64,000 nt of DNA from an uncultured Methanolobus sp. (GCA_963675495.1 OY776215.1:544001-608000), one strand, 5' to 3'. Positions 32,913 to 44,159 are shown, counted from the stretch's first letter. The notes: generated from the letters alone by a model not told the origin. Numbers and translations: made by a program.

Positions 32913-34010
32913 ATGAATGCAGTAATAGGATTAGAAGATGGGACTATTATAAAAGGCACTGGTTTCGGTGCCGAAGGTATCGTTTCCGGGGAACTTGTTT
33001 TCACAACTCAATATACTGGCTATGAAGAGGCACTAACAGACCCTTCATATAAAGGCCAGATCCTTATGTTCACTTATCCTCTCATTGGTAATTACGGTGT
33101 CAGTGACAACTGTTTTGAATCCGATGGTGTAAAAGCTGAAGGTCTTGTAGTGAGGGAGGCTTGTCCCGAGCCATCCCACCACATGTCAAAGAAGACCATT
33201 TTCGAGCTCATGGAGGACGAAGGCAAGCCCGGCATCGCAGGCGTGGACACACGTATGCTAACTATAAAGACACGAGAACATGGAACAATGCGTGCAGCCC
33301 TCATCAACGGAAGTGATGACGGTGAGGAGGCAGTCAGGATCGCCCGTGCACAAAAGAGCATTTCAGATATCGATCTCATATCGCAGGTAAGCTGCCCGCA
33401 GCCCTTTAAACTGGAAAGCCCGACCAGGGATCCAAATAACCCACTCAATGTGGTCCTTGTGGACTGCGGTCGCAAGCTGAGCATTGAAAAGAGCCTGATG
33501 GCAAGAGGTATGGATGTAACCGTTGTACCGGGTAACGCATCTGTCTCAACGATCGAGTCCTATGACCCGGACCTTCTGTTCTTCTCGAACGGTCCAGGAG
33601 ACCCGTTACAGGCACAGGATGCCATCTCAGCGGTCAAGCATTTTTCAGGTGAATTGCCTATAGTCGGCATATGCCTGGGTCACCAGATAATCTCCCTTGC
33701 GCTTGGAGCGCAGACATACAAGATGAAATTCGGTCACAGGGGTGCGAACCAGCCTGTAAAGGACCTGGAAACAGGAACAGTCCACATCACTTCCCAGAAC
33801 CACGGTTTTGCAGTGGATGGCAATTCCTTTGAAGAGGCTGATGTAGAGGTCACACAGTTCAATACCAATGACAGGACAGTAGAAGGTATTGCCCACAAGT
33901 ACCTGGACATATTCAGCGTACAGTATCATCCGGATGCACATCCAGGCCCAATGGATTCTGAAAAGTTATTCTTTGACAAGGTCCTCAAACTTGCAGGAGG
34001 GAAGAAATAA
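32913..34010 (+). CDS. carA: Carbamoyl-phosphate synthase small subunit
   Basis: [31 protein letters not shown]. Confidence 0.96.
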   Translation: MNAVIGLEDGTIIKGTGFGAEGIVSGELVFTTQYTGYEEALTDPSYKGQILMFTYPLIGNYGVSDNCFESDGVKAEGLVVREACPEPSHHMSKKTIFELMEDEGKPGIAGVDTRMLTIKTREHGTMRAALINGSDDGEEAVRIARAQKSISDIDLISQVSCPQPFKLESPTRDPNNPLNVVLVDCGRKLSIEKSLMARGMDVTVVPGNASVSTIESYDPDLLFFSNGPGDPLQAQDAISAVKHFSGELPIVGICLGHQIISLALGAQTYKMKFGHRGANQPVKDLETGTVHITSQNHGFAVDGNSFEEADVEVTQFNTNDRTVEGIAHKYLDIFSVQYHPDAHPGPMDSEKLFFDKVLKLAGGKK

Positions 34011-37000
34011 TGCCAAAACACGAAGACATTAAAAAAGTACTCCTGATAGGTTCAGGACCTATAATGATAGGACAGGGTGCAGAGTTCGACTTCTCGGGGA
34101 GTCAGGCATGCAGGTCACTTAAGGAAGAAGGCCTTCAGGTAGTGCTTGTCAACTCCAACCCGGCAACCATTATGACAGATCCCGAAATGGCAGATGCGGT
34201 CTACATAGAGCCCATTGAGGCAAAAGCAGTAGAGAAGATCATTGCAAAGGAAAGACCAGACGGGATCATTGCAGGTCTCGGAGGACAGACCGGCCTGAAC
34301 CTTACAAGTGAACTTGCAGAGCAGGGAATACTTGAAAAATACAACGTCAAGCTTCTTGGAACAAACCTTGAAGCCATAAAGAATACCGAGGACCGTGAGC
34401 TCTTCAAACAGACAATGGAGAAAATCGGAGAGAAGGTACCACGAAGTAAGGCAATATCCACACTCAAGGAAGCAGAAGCTGTTATTGATGAACTGGGACT
34501 TCCCCTTATCATTCGCCCCGCATACACCCTTGGTGGTGCAGGTGGCGGTATTGCCCATTCAAAGGAAGAACTCCTGGAGATCACGGAAAGAGGTCTTCGT
34601 CGCAGTCGTATCAGTCAGGTACTTATCGAGGAAAGCGTACTCGGCTGGAAAGAGTTCGAGTATGAGGTCATGCGTGATGCAAATGACACATGTATAGTAA
34701 TATGTAACATGGAGAACCTGGACCCAATGGGAGTACATACAGGTGAATCCATAGTCGTTACACCATCCCAGACCCTCAATGACGAGGAACACCAGATGCT
34801 GAGGACCGCCGCTATTAAGATCATCAGGTCATTCGGTATTGAAGGTGGCTGTAACATCCAGTTCGCTGCCAAGGACGGCGATTACCGTATCGTGGAAGTA
34901 AATCCACGTGTATCACGTTCATCCGCCCTCGCATCAAAAGCAACAGGATATCCGATCGCCAGAGTGACAGCAAAGATAGCTATCGGTATGGCACTGGATG
35001 AGATCCTCAATGATGTTACTAAGAAGACCCCTGCATCATTTGAACCTACAATTGATTATGTCGTTACAAAGATACCAAGATGGCCATTCGATAAATTCGT
35101 CAACGCTGACAAGACACTTACCACTGCCATGAAGAGTACCGGCGAGGTAATGTCCATCGGTCGTACCATTGAGGAATCACTCTTAAAGGCCATACGCTCC
35201 CTCGATATCAAGATGGACTTCGGAACAGATGAATGGTCCAACAATGAGATCAAGACCCTGCTCCAGACACCTACAAGCGAGAGACTGTTCGTAATGTATC
35301 ATGCTCTTTGCAATGGTTTTTCAATTGAGGATGTTTCAAGTCTGACTGGTATTGATATCTTCTTTATCAGGAAGCTTAAGAATATCATCGATATGGAAGA
35401 CACTATCAGGGAAGAAGGACTTTCAGGAAGCCTTTCCAATGACCTGCTCCTTGATGCGAAACGTCTGGGACTTCTGGATTCCCGCATTGCAGAACTGGCA
35501 GGAAAGACCCGTGAGGACATCAATGACCAGAGGCGCAGTGCAGGTGTCGTATGTACCTACAAGATGGTAGATACATGTTCTGCGGAATTTGCAGCGGAGA
35601 CTCCTTATTACTACTCATGTTACGAGCAGATGTGTGAAGCAGAACCATCTGACCGTAAGAAGATACTGATACTTGGTTCAGGTCCCATACGCATAGGACA
35701 GGGTATCGAGTTCGATTACTGTACGGTGCACGCGGTTGCAGCTATCCGTGAGGCGGGCATCGAGGCTCATATCATCAACAACAACCCGGAAACCGTTTCC
35801 ACTGACTACGACACTTCCGATAAGCTCTTTTTCGAGCCTCTCACACTTGAAGATGTGATGAATGTCATCGATAAGGAGAATCCGGATGCAGTGCTTGTAC
35901 AGTTCGGAGGGCAGACCTCAGTTAACCTCGCACTTCCACTTGAGAAGGAACTCAAGAGACGTACTGACCTGAAGACTGTCATTCTGGGCACATCACCTGA
36001 AGATATAGATATGGCAGAGGACCGTGAGAAGTTCAACCTCAGGATGAGCAAGCTTGACATCAACCAGCCGGAAGCAGGTTACGCAACCTCACAGGACCAG
36101 GCAATCGAGATAGCCACAAGGATAGGTTATCCGGTACTTGTACGCCCTTCCTATGTACTCGGTGGCCGTGCAATGGAGATAGTCTACGAGCAGAGTGACC
36201 TTGAGCGTTACATGCGTGAGGCCGTAAAGGTTTCCCCCGAACATCCGATACTTATTGACGACTTCCTTGAAGGCGCAGTTGAGATCGATGTGGATGCTGT
36301 GTGTGACGGTAAGGACGTACTTATTGGTGCTATCATGGAGCACATCGAGGAAGCAGGCGTTCACTCAGGTGACTCTGCATGTGTTATCCCGCCACAGTCA
36401 CTTTCAGAAGAAGTTCTTGAAACTGTACGTGATTATACCCGCAAGATCGCTCTTGCACTCAATGTGGTCGGCCTTGTGAACATACAGATGGCAAAGAAGG
36501 GCGACAAGATCTATGTCCTTGAAGCGAACCCACGTTCAAGCAGGACCATACCATTCGTATCCAAGGCAGTTGGCCTGCCTCTTGCAAAGATAGCTGCCCG
36601 TGTGATAATGGGACAGAGTCTGGAAGAGCTGGGTTATTCAACATGCAACGAACCAAAGGTCAAGCATGTTTCAGTGAAAGAAGTACTTCTGCCCTTTGAC
36701 AAACTTCCGGGAGCAGACCCTGTACTTAGTCCGGAGATGAAGAGTACCGGAGAGGTCATGGGTATTGACTCCGATTATGGAAGAGCATTCTTCAAGGCGC
36801 AGCTCAGTGCTGATAATCTGCTTCCGCTTACCGGGAAGGTCTTTGTGTCCGTGAAGGATGAGGACAGGGAAGAGCTTATCGATGTAGCAAGTGAGCTTGT
36901 GAGCGCAGGGATCGAACTGCTTGGCACCAAAGGTACGGCAGACTTCCTTTCAGAACATGGTGTAGAGATGGGAATTGTTAAGAAGGTACATGACGGCAGC

Positions 37001-37234
37001 CCTAATGTCATCGATATGATGCGCAGGTATGAGGTTGCACTGGTCATCAACACACCTAATGACAAGCTCTCCCGTGAGGACAGCTCAAGAATACGCCGCG
37101 CAGCAGTGGATTTCAAGGTGCCTTACATCACCACGATCCAGGCAGCAGTTGCAGCATCCCATGCTATCGTTTCCATGAAACAGGGCGAGGGAGAGGTTAA
37201 ATCAATAAATGAATATCACAGGGAGATCGCATAG
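34010..37234 (+). CDS. carB: Carbamoyl-phosphate synthase large subunit
   Basis: [22 protein letters not shown], duplicated ATP-grasp, MGS domain. Confidence 0.98.
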   Translation: MPKHEDIKKVLLIGSGPIMIGQGAEFDFSGSQACRSLKEEGLQVVLVNSNPATIMTDPEMADAVYIEPIEAKAVEKIIAKERPDGIIAGLGGQTGLNLTSELAEQGILEKYNVKLLGTNLEAIKNTEDRELFKQTMEKIGEKVPRSKAISTLKEAEAVIDELGLPLIIRPAYTLGGAGGGIAHSKEELLEITERGLRRSRISQVLIEESVLGWKEFEYEVMRDANDTCIVICNMENLDPMGVHTGESIVVTPSQTLNDEEHQMLRTAAIKIIRSFGIEGGCNIQFAAKDGDYRIVEVNPRVSRSSALASKATGYPIARVTAKIAIGMALDEILNDVTKKTPASFEPTIDYVVTKIPRWPFDKFVNADKTLTTAMKSTGEVMSIGRTIEESLLKAIRSLDIKMDFGTDEWSNNEIKTLLQTPTSERLFVMYHALCNGFSIEDVSSLTGIDIFFIRKLKNIIDMEDTIREEGLSGSLSNDLLLDAKRLGLLDSRIAELAGKTREDINDQRRSAGVVCTYKMVDTCSAEFAAETPYYYSCYEQMCEAEPSDRKKILILGSGPIRIGQGIEFDYCTVHAVAAIREAGIEAHIINNNPETVSTDYDTSDKLFFEPLTLEDVMNVIDKENPDAVLVQFGGQTSVNLALPLEKELKRRTDLKTVILGTSPEDIDMAEDREKFNLRMSKLDINQPEAGYATSQDQAIEIATRIGYPVLVRPSYVLGGRAMEIVYEQSDLERYMREAVKVSPEHPILIDDFLEGAVEIDVDAVCDGKDVLIGAIMEHIEEAGVHSGDSACVIPPQSLSEEVLETVRDYTRKIALALNVVGLVNIQMAKKGDKIYVLEANPRSSRTIPFVSKAVGLPLAKIAARVIMGQSLEELGYSTCNEPKVKHVSVKEVLLPFDKLPGADPVLSPEMKSTGEVMGIDSDYGRAFFKAQLSADNLLPLTGKVFVSVKDEDREELIDVASELVSAGIELLGTKGTADFLSEHGVEMGIVKKVHDGSPNVIDMMRRYEVALVINTPNDKLSREDSSRIRRAAVDFKVPYITTIQAAVAASHAIVSMKQGEGEVKSINEYHREIA

Positions 37235-37258
37235 ATCTCCTATTAAGGATCAGATATT

Positions 37259-38440
37259 ATGACAAAGAAAGTAGTACTTGCTTATTCAGGCGGGCTTGAC
37301 ACTTCCGTGTGCATCCCGCTGCTTAAAGAGGAATACGGCTACGATGAAGTTATCACAGTAGCGGTAGATGTGGGACAGCCACAGGAAGATGTTAAACAGG
37401 CTGAGGAAAAGGCGCAGAAGATCAGCAACAAGCACTTCACACTCGACGTGCGTGAAGAATTCGTCAACGATTATATCTTCCCGCTAATCAAGGCCAATGG
37501 TGACTATGAAGGATACGTTATGGGCACATCCATCGCACGTCCGCTTATCGCTAAGAAGGTCGTTGAGATAGCAGAGCAGGAAGGAGCTGTTGCACTTGCA
37601 CACGGTTGTACCGGCAAGGGTAATGACCAGCTTCGATTCGAGGCAGTTTTCCGCCTGACCGACATGGATGTCATTGCACCCATGAGGGACATGAACCTCA
37701 CACGTGACTGGGAGATCGAGTATGCACAGAAACATGGCATACCTGTGACCGTCACGGCCGCAAAGCCATGGAGTGTTGACGAGAACATATGGAGCCGCAG
37801 TATAGAGGGTGGCAAGCTGGAAGACCCTGGATTCATTCCCCCTGAGGAGATCTACCAGTGGACCGTTTCCCCTGAAGCAGCTCCTGAAGGCCAGACAATA
37901 GTGATCGGTTTTGAGAACGGTGTCCCTGTCTCACTTGACGGTGAGAAGATGGATGGTGTCGAACTTATCATCAAACTGAACGAACTCGCAGGTTCCCATG
38001 GTGTCGGCAGGACCGATATGATCGAAGACCGTGTTCTGGGACTTAAAGCACGTGAGAATTACGAGCACCCTGCAGCAACAGTTCTCCTTACAGCCCACAG
38101 GGACCTTGAGAAGCTTGTGCTTACCAGGGCAGAGCTGAAATTCAAGAAAACTGTGGACGAACAGTGGTCTGAACTTGCCTACTATGGTCTTGTTGACGAG
38201 CCGCTCTACCACGACCTGAATGCATTTGTTGATAAGACCCAGCAGCGTGTCAGCGGTACTGTTACCGTGAAACTGCACAAGGGTAGTGTCATCATACTTG
38301 CACGTACATCCCCGTATGCTCTGTACTCAGAAGACCTTGTGTCCTTTGACAGTGCGACCATTGACCAGAAGGATGCTGAAGGCTTTGCCAAGTATCACGG
38401 GTTCCAGGCAAGGATGTATAAGAAGGTTATTGAGAAGTGA
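37259..38440 (+). CDS. argG: Argininosuccinate synthase
   Basis: [22 protein letters not shown]. Confidence 0.97.
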   Translation: MTKKVVLAYSGGLDTSVCIPLLKEEYGYDEVITVAVDVGQPQEDVKQAEEKAQKISNKHFTLDVREEFVNDYIFPLIKANGDYEGYVMGTSIARPLIAKKVVEIAEQEGAVALAHGCTGKGNDQLRFEAVFRLTDMDVIAPMRDMNLTRDWEIEYAQKHGIPVTVTAAKPWSVDENIWSRSIEGGKLEDPGFIPPEEIYQWTVSPEAAPEGQTIVIGFENGVPVSLDGEKMDGVELIIKLNELAGSHGVGRTDMIEDRVLGLKARENYEHPAATVLLTAHRDLEKLVLTRAELKFKKTVDEQWSELAYYGLVDEPLYHDLNAFVDKTQQRVSGTVTVKLHKGSVIILARTSPYALYSEDLVSFDSATIDQKDAEGFAKYHGFQARMYKKVIEK

Positions 38441-38698
38441 AGTTAAGATTGTGTGCCGTGGAGCATACAATTTTTTTCTTTTGTTTTCTTTTTTGCATTT
38501 GATTGAGCATTCTGGTTGGTTTCGATGTTTCTTTTGTTTTGGCTTTGATGGAATGTGCCGCCTGCGGCGGGATGGATGACTGTGTGTTGGCTATTTTGCA
38601 AATATATTCTATGAATGTTAGCTGATTCTAAATTCATTGGATATCATGCGTACAGAATCCATATATAGTAAAGAAGCAAATAGAGAATGGGATACTGA

Positions 38699-38923
38699 AT
38701 GATGACAAAATTCACTGCATACATAGAGAGAGACCTTGAAACTGACTGCTATGTCGCCATCGTACCAGGAATTCCAGGGGCTCATACTCAGGCTGATACA
38801 CTTGACGAATTACATGCCAGATTAAAAGAGGTGATAGAACTCTGTCTTGAGGAAATGAATCCGGAAGAAAAAGGGTTGATTCCCGAGTTTGTAGGTGTTT
38901 CACAAATTGAGGTTACCGTATGA
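38699..38923 (+). CDS. hicB: HicB-family antitoxin (short form)
   Basis: YVAIVPGIPGAHTQADTLDEL...LKEVIELCLE. Confidence 0.88.
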   Translation: MMTKFTAYIERDLETDCYVAIVPGIPGAHTQADTLDELHARLKEVIELCLEEMNPEEKGLIPEFVGVSQIEVTV

Positions 38924-39153
38924 GTAAGCTACCGTTGGTAGATGCCAAAAAAATGGAAAAGATATTATATCATCTTGGGTTTGAAAAGGTCAGACAAAAA
39001 GGTAGCCATGCATTTTATAGGCACGCTGATGGCAGAACAACTACTGTTCCTTTTCATTCAAGTAAGAAGCTTGCACGACCTCTCATTAGGGTCATACTTA
39101 GTGAAATTAACATTAACATTGAAAAGTATAATGAATTGATTAGGAATATTTGA
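38920..39153 (+). CDS. hicA: HicA-family mRNase toxin
   Basis: LGFEKVRQKGSH..YRH.DGRTTTVP.H; ATGA overlap with hicB. Confidence 0.9.
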   Translation: MSKLPLVDAKKMEKILYHLGFEKVRQKGSHAFYRHADGRTTTVPFHSSKKLARPLIRVILSEININIEKYNELIRNI

Positions 39154-39339
39154 TTCTTTAATGTTGCTTAGATTCCTTAGTAACTATACATTTATGTGGA
39201 AAAATATTACACATCTAACATATCCAAGCGTGTAGACGAGATTATGAACAAGTTTCATAACTCATGACTATATGTTCATCCACTTGCGGTGGAATGCTGT
39301 TTTCGTGGGATACTCATATGAAAAATCAAAACAAGAGGA

Positions 39340-39474
39340 CTATGGATCCAGTTCGTTCAATAAATCCTCAATCACCGGCTTTGCTTCAGGAATACCTTCT
39401 TTTACACTAAGCCAGACAACTTCAAGATTGACGCCAAAATAAGCGTGTATTAATTTGTCACGAATGCAAATCCC
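39340..39474 (-). pseudogene. HEPN (DUF86) toxin remnant with a 216-bp internal deletion
   Basis: Reads ..IRDKLIHAYFGVNLEVVWLSVKEGIPEAKPVIEDLLNELDP*; lacks the middle present in the paralog at 43810-44159. Confidence 0.85.
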
Positions 39475-39783
39475 TCAGATAGCTTCGACTTCTTTCAGTA
39501 TATATTTACCTATATTTGGCTTCAGTGAATCTTTCATGACAAGGTCAACTTTAACTCCCAGGGAATCGGAAAGATAGTTCTCTAAATGAACAAATCTAAA
39601 AATAGTAGGTGTCCTGCTGAACTCTACCAGTACATCAAGATCACTTTTCGGAGTATTCTCTCCCCGCACATAGGATCCAAACAATCCAATGTAACTGACA
39701 TTATACTCCTTTTTTAGCTGCGGTAGCATTTCATACAGCTGCTTTCTGTATTTTTCAATGTCTTTTTTATGTTGCATGATCAT
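39475..39783 (-). CDS. Minimal nucleotidyltransferase (MNT) antitoxin
   Basis: GLFGSYVRGE..PKSDLDVLV, GVKVDLV. Confidence 0.9.
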   Translation of the reverse strand: MIMQHKKDIEKYRKQLYEMLPQLKKEYNVSYIGLFGSYVRGENTPKSDLDVLVEFSRTPTIFRFVHLENYLSDSLGVKVDLVMKDSLKPNIGKYILKEVEAI

Positions 39784-40091
39784 CCTTAAAAAGGTCTTAT
39801 TTGCATATATGTTAGTTTCATATGTATAATTATTTGTCTTGTTTGGAAAATTAATGAATGTTAAAAAGATTGATCTTTACTTGAAATGTAGTATGCAGTT
39901 CTTGCTTATTATTACTCAACAGTTTGGGAATATGCCGCCTTCGGCGTATGCTTGTATTGGTCTTGTAGGGGAAAACAATCACGAATATATATCCTATGTA
40001 TGACAACCTATATACATAAGTAAGGACAATAAATATTTGATGCCAATATGGCTGATAATCCACATAAGTAAGATAACAGGAGAATAAGCTA

Positions 40092-40235
40092 ATGGCAAAA
40101 CCAATTGAACTTGGGCTGGTGCTGGAAGGTGAAGATGCAAAAGAGTTTTGGGAAAACGAGAGAAAGCCAGCTACAAAACAACAGATAAAAATGTTCAAAG
40201 AAGCCAGGAAAATATCAGATCGTATTCATTTTTAG
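40092..40235 (+). CDS. 47-aa putative antitoxin of the GNAT toxin (below ORF-track cutoff)
   Basis: AGGAGA RBS; MAKPIELGLVLEGEDAKEFWENERKPATKQQIKMFKEARKISDRIHF; ends 14 bp before the GNAT ATG. Confidence 0.75.
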   Translation: MAKPIELGLVLEGEDAKEFWENERKPATKQQIKMFKEARKISDRIHF

Positions 40236-40249
40236 TCCTGTTATTTGGT

Positions 40250-40762
40250 ATGTCTAAGTCTCAATTTTCTATTTCTCCTCTTTCTGAGAGAAACGGTGTT
40301 TTGTCTTTTTGCTGTCAGAACAAGGATCTAAACGACTTTTTAAAAAATGATGCCTTTGGTAATCAGGAACAACTCATAAGCAAAACTTATGTTTGTTATT
40401 ATCAGAAAGATTTTGCGGGGTATTTCACTTTGACCACGGATACTATGAAAGTCAAATATATTGATGATTCAGATTGTGTTGATGGTTTTCCATATTCCAG
40501 ATACCCGGCTGTCAAACTCGCAAGACTTGCCACTGATAAGAGATTTGAAAGGAGAGGAGTTGGCTCTTACATGCTGTTTGCAGCAATAGGTTTAGCTTAA
40601 AGGGTCGCAGATATCACTGGATGCAGATATATTACAGTTGATTCAAAACCCGAATCTATAGGATTTTACACCAAATATGGATTTAAGATCGTTAAGACTT
40701 CTCTTAAAAAAGACTATACCTCCCTATATCTGAACATGCAACCCATAGTAAAAGGCATTTAG
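40250..40762 (+). pseudogene. GNAT acetyltransferase toxin (TacT/AtaT-like) with internal TAA
   Basis: F.C...DLNDFL, GYFTL, YPAVKLARLATD.RF.RRGVG; after TAA 40598-40600 the frame continues RVADITGCRYITVDSKPESIGFYTKYGF. Confidence 0.88.
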
Positions 40763-41093
40763 GCAACTATTTTTCATTATTAAGCAGTGCTTACAAATTT
40801 TGTATGATCTCACAAATATTCTTTTTTGTCTCAAAAAATATCTTCTTGGTTCAAAGGTTTGATTATTTTTAAATTACGATATTACCGAGGATTTTGTCAG
40901 GTACATGACTATTACCCATATATTGCCAATCAGTATTGAATGCATCAGCCATGATAACTTCATTAAATGTGTGATCAATGTCCAATTATTTTATGAATAT
41001 GATAATCAGCAGTACAAGAATGTGCCGCCTGCGGCTTATGGCTGCACAGAATTTAAGAAATATACTCGAAAACTTATACGATAAAATACTAAC

Positions 41094-41400
41094 TCATTTC
41101 AGAAGTTCAATAAACTCCTTGACTGTAAGCCCCGATACCCTGATCAATTGCCTCAGAAGACCTGGTTTTAACTACCTGTGCTTTGGGACGGTCAGTGTTA
41201 TCCTGGAGCCTTCCTTTCTCAATACGACATGACTTCCTACTTGCCTGTGAGGATACCAGCCTGCTTTAGAAAAAGCTTTAATTGTATCCATTCCGAAAAT
41301 AACAGGTAATTTCGGTGTTCGGCTATCACTTCAACGATCTTGCAGGAAGGTCTTGTCATGCAGACATTAGATTCGTCCTCAGCAAGTGATTCAAAACATG
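41094..41400 (-). pseudogene. Decayed hicBA: hicA with lost start and internal TAG, plus hicB C-terminal remnant
   Basis: 41318-41094 reads TPKLPVIFGMDTIKAFSKAGWYPHRQVGSHVVLRKEGSRITLTVPKHR*LKPGLLRQLIRVSGLTVKEFIELLK; upstream CFESLAEDES..CKIVEVIA. Confidence 0.82.
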
Positions 41401-41477
41401 CATGTTTCTGTTTTTTTGTCTATATGTGATAATGCAATGTGCCGCCTGCGGCGTATGGTTGCAGTGAATAAACTACT

Positions 41478-41702
41478 CTATTCTCCAATCCACTCATCTC
41501 TGGATATATGAGCCTGTTTCAGGATTCTCTGCAGCAGATCTACACTAATCCTGCCTTTGTGAGGATTAGGGACTGTCAGAACAATATCTCCTTTTGTCAT
41601 GAAAGAATGTTTGCCACCTGAAAAAGGACCTTCGAATTCCAATTCCCTTAGTCGTTTGACAAGGTTTCGTTGGGTGACAGGAGTCAGCTTAGGCAATAGC
41701 AA
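41478..41702 (-). CDS. hicA: HicA-family toxin
   Basis: FEGPFSGGKHSFM.KG...LTVPNPH...ISVDLLQRILKQA. Confidence 0.88.
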   Translation of the reverse strand: MLLPKLTPVTQRNLVKRLRELEFEGPFSGGKHSFMTKGDIVLTVPNPHKGRISVDLLQRILKQAHISRDEWIGE

Positions 41703-41940
41703 CTTCTCCGGAGTCTTTTATTACATGATTGCCCATAGGTGGAAGGGTTAAGCCTTTTCTGAGTCTGAAAACTATCCATTCATCAATGGTATCTTCAAGG
41801 TTTTTCCTGCACTCTTCAAGAGTACTACCTGTAGCCCACACACCCTCGAGTTCAGGCACCTCGCCATAGTAGGGCTCATCATCTTCAATTATCTCATATC
41901 TGGCTTTCTCAAGAGCTGTCTGGATATATTCAATAAGCAT
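41689..41940 (-). CDS. hicB: HicB-family antitoxin
   Basis: MLIEYIQ.AL..A.YE, YYGEVPELEGVWATG.TLEECR.NL. Confidence 0.88.
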   Translation of the reverse strand: MLIEYIQTALEKARYEIIEDDEPYYGEVPELEGVWATGSTLEECRKNLEDTIDEWIVFRLRKGLTLPPMGNHVIKDSGEVAIA

Positions 41941-42157
41941 AATTGGTACCTGCATAAATTTTGTTCTGTGCTATGTATTCTTAATATAGTTTCATGAGTA
42001 TATGAACAATTTGTTTGATGAGATGTACTGGTTTAAAATTATGTATCCCTTTTTGCTACTCAGCAATATGGAAAAGTGCCGCCTGCGGCGTATGGTTGCA
42101 TATTCCAAAAAAATCATGTCCCATCATTAATTAAAGCAGACTATATGAAGGAGAAAT

Positions 42158-42176
42158 TATTAATATCATATTAATA
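42158..42176. promoter_or_regulatory. Palindrome over the TATA region of the antitoxin gene (candidate autorepression operator)
   Basis: TATTAATAT-C-ATATTAATA, 18 bp upstream of ATG 42195; AT-rich, so only modestly significant. Confidence 0.4.
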
Positions 42177-42194
42177 CCATGTTATTATGATACT

Positions 42195-42434
42195 ATGGTT
42201 AAAGCAATAATTAATATTGATGACAAGACCAACCGGGTGCTGAACATAGTTAAAGCCAAGTATGGCCTGAAAGATAAGAGCTCGGCTATTGAACTTGTAA
42301 CAAAACAATATGAAGAGGAACTCCTGGAGCCAAAGCTTAGACCTGAATATATAGAAAAGGCTAAAAGGATAATGGCCCAGGACGCAGTGGACGTAGGTAC
42401 AGTAGACAACTTGAGGGAAAGATTGGGTATCTGA
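42195..42434 (+). CDS. Putative antitoxin (DUF2683-like)
   Basis: MVKAIINIDDKTNRVLNIVKAKYGLKDKS.AI...EPKLRPEY; directly upstream of a RelE-like gene. Confidence 0.8.
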   Translation: MVKAIINIDDKTNRVLNIVKAKYGLKDKSSAIELVTKQYEEELLEPKLRPEYIEKAKRIMAQDAVDVGTVDNLRERLGI

Positions 42435-42435
42435 A

Positions 42436-42699
42436 ATGTATTATTTGAAGATCGAACCTGATCTTGAGAAAACACTTAAAAAACTGGCTAAGAAGAATAA
42501 GAAACAATTAGGGATGATTCTCAGTAAAGCTGAAGAAATTGTTGAAAATCCCCATAGATACAAAAATCTAAGGGCACCACTGAATATGTGGAAGAGAGTA
42601 CACATAGACAGACATTTCGTATTGGTTTTTTCGGTGGATGAGGAAAGCAATAGTGTCACACTTGAAGACTATGCCCATCACAATGACATCTACAAATAA
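42436..42699 (+). CDS. RelE/YafQ-superfamily toxin
   Basis: NPHRYKNLRAPL..WKRVHI...FVLVF...YAHHNDIY. Confidence 0.85.
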   Translation: MYYLKIEPDLEKTLKKLAKKNKKQLGMILSKAEEIVENPHRYKNLRAPLNMWKRVHIDRHFVLVFSVDEESNSVTLEDYAHHNDIYK

Positions 42700-42914
42700 G
42701 ATTGTCAGTATTTGAGTAGCCGGGAATTGGCAGAACTCTAATATTTTTGTGAGTTTTTGATAGTTACTTCTCAGCAATATGGAAAAGTGCCGCCTGCGGC
42801 GTATGGTTGAACTACGTAAAATACCACCTATTTAAAATCGATTTCATTTTGAAATATCCTGCATGAAATTTAATAAGAATGATAACATATGTATGTGCAT
42901 TGAGATGTGATATT

Positions 42915-43205
42915 ATGGTGGAAATGCAGATCGAGAAATACAAAAAAACCATAATCCCGATATTGCTAAAAAATGATGTGGATGAAGCAGGCATTTTTGG
43001 TTCGTTTGCAAGAAATGAAGCAAAATTGGATAGTGACATCGATATTCTTGTTCATTTCAAGGACCGAAAAAGTCTATTTGATCTTGCCAGATTAGAACTG
43101 GAACTCGAAAAGGAAGCTCAAAGAAAGGTAGAAGTCATTACTTACGATTCCATAAATCCCCTTATAAGGAATCGAATCCTGAAGGAAGAAGTGAAGATAT
43201 TATGA
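42915..43205 (+). CDS. MNT antitoxin
   Basis: GIFGSFARNE...DSDIDILV. Confidence 0.9.
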   Translation: MVEMQIEKYKKTIIPILLKNDVDEAGIFGSFARNEAKLDSDIDILVHFKDRKSLFDLARLELELEKEAQRKVEVITYDSINPLIRNRILKEEVKIL

Positions 43206-43546
43206 AAGATGATGAAGTGTTCATTGAACATATTATTGATTCTATCGAGAAGATAGAGTACTTCACAAACGATAAGAAAAAAGATGATTTTCTGGAAGAT
43301 GTGCAACTTCAGGACGCAACGATAAGGAGAATAGAGATTATCGGTGAAGCATCAAAAAACATCTCCGATGATCTCAAAGGACAACATCCAGATGCCCCAT
43401 GGAGTGAAATGGCAAGAACGAGGGACAAATTGATACACGGTTACTTTGGAGTAGACCTTGGACTTACATGGGACATTATTGAACATGATCTGCCTGAACT
43501 CAAGACTAAAATGAAACAAATACTTGATGAAATTAAGTATAAGTAA
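43202..43546 (+). CDS. HEPN (DUF86) RNase toxin, intact
   Basis: QDATIRRIEIIGEA, PW, RDKLIHGYFGVD (RX4H). Confidence 0.9.
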   Translation: MKDDEVFIEHIIDSIEKIEYFTNDKKKDDFLEDVQLQDATIRRIEIIGEASKNISDDLKGQHPDAPWSEMARTRDKLIHGYFGVDLGLTWDIIEHDLPELKTKMKQILDEIKYK

Positions 43547-43809
43547 GGAGATGGAGCTATTCCATGATTCTTCTTTGCGTGTTCATCCACTTGCAGCAGG
43601 AGAAGTTAGTCTGAGTGAGATCGAAGCTGAGAACTGCTAAAGATCTCTTTGATATTTCTACTGGGAAGTATTGCTTTTGATTTAAAATATTATAACAAAT
43701 TATTGTTTTCGCTCCTTAGCAGCTCAGCAAAATGCCGCCTGCGGCGGGTGGTTGTTTTCTAGAGATAAACAAAAACAAGAAAAACCTTGAAAACTACAAA
43801 AAAATAGAA

Positions 43810-44159
43810 TTATGGAGGTAATTCGTTCAGCAGGTTCTCGATCACCGGCTTTGATTCCGGAATACCCTTTTTTACACTGAGCCAGACAACTTCAAGATTA
43901 ACACCAAAATAAGCATGTATCAGTTGTCCCGGATGCCTGCCAGATCCTTCCATGGAACTGAGGTGTATGTTTGCCTTATATCATCAGGAATGTTCTTTGC
44001 TGCTTCACCGATTATTTCCAGAACCCTTATAACAGCATACTGGGTTTTGACATCTTCGAGAAAATCCTCAAAGGTGCATTGATCCACAAAGCTCTCAGCT
44101 GCTTCCATGGAATTGTATATGTCCTGTACATAATCTCTTACGTCACGAATGCAGATCCC
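43810..44159 (-). pseudogene. HEPN (DUF86) toxin with a 1-bp frameshift at the RX4H motif
   Basis: IRDVRDYVQDI..VIRVLEIIGEAAK..PWKDLAGIRD, then GAC AA CTG ATA CAT GCT TAT TTT GGT (LIHAYFG) in the shifted frame. Confidence 0.88.

Noticed and set aside
6688-38637. Many short antisense or out-of-frame ORFs inside hppA, acnA, hcp, hdrA, gatE, carB and argG
   Set aside because: Shadow ORFs of well-supported genes, with no recognisable motifs
40148-40249. N-terminal extension of the GNAT ORF in the track
   Set aside because: Overlaps the better-supported 47-aa ORF in another frame; ATG 40250 fits GNAT toxin length
40874-40963. 29-aa hydrophobic minus-strand ORF (MKLSWLMHSILIGNIWVIVMYLTKSSVIS) as a type I toxin
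   Set aside because: No clear RBS or antisense partner; an overlapping frame is equally open
40978-41232. 84-aa plus-strand ORF
   Set aside because: Crosses the delimiter repeat and is antisense to the hicA pseudogene
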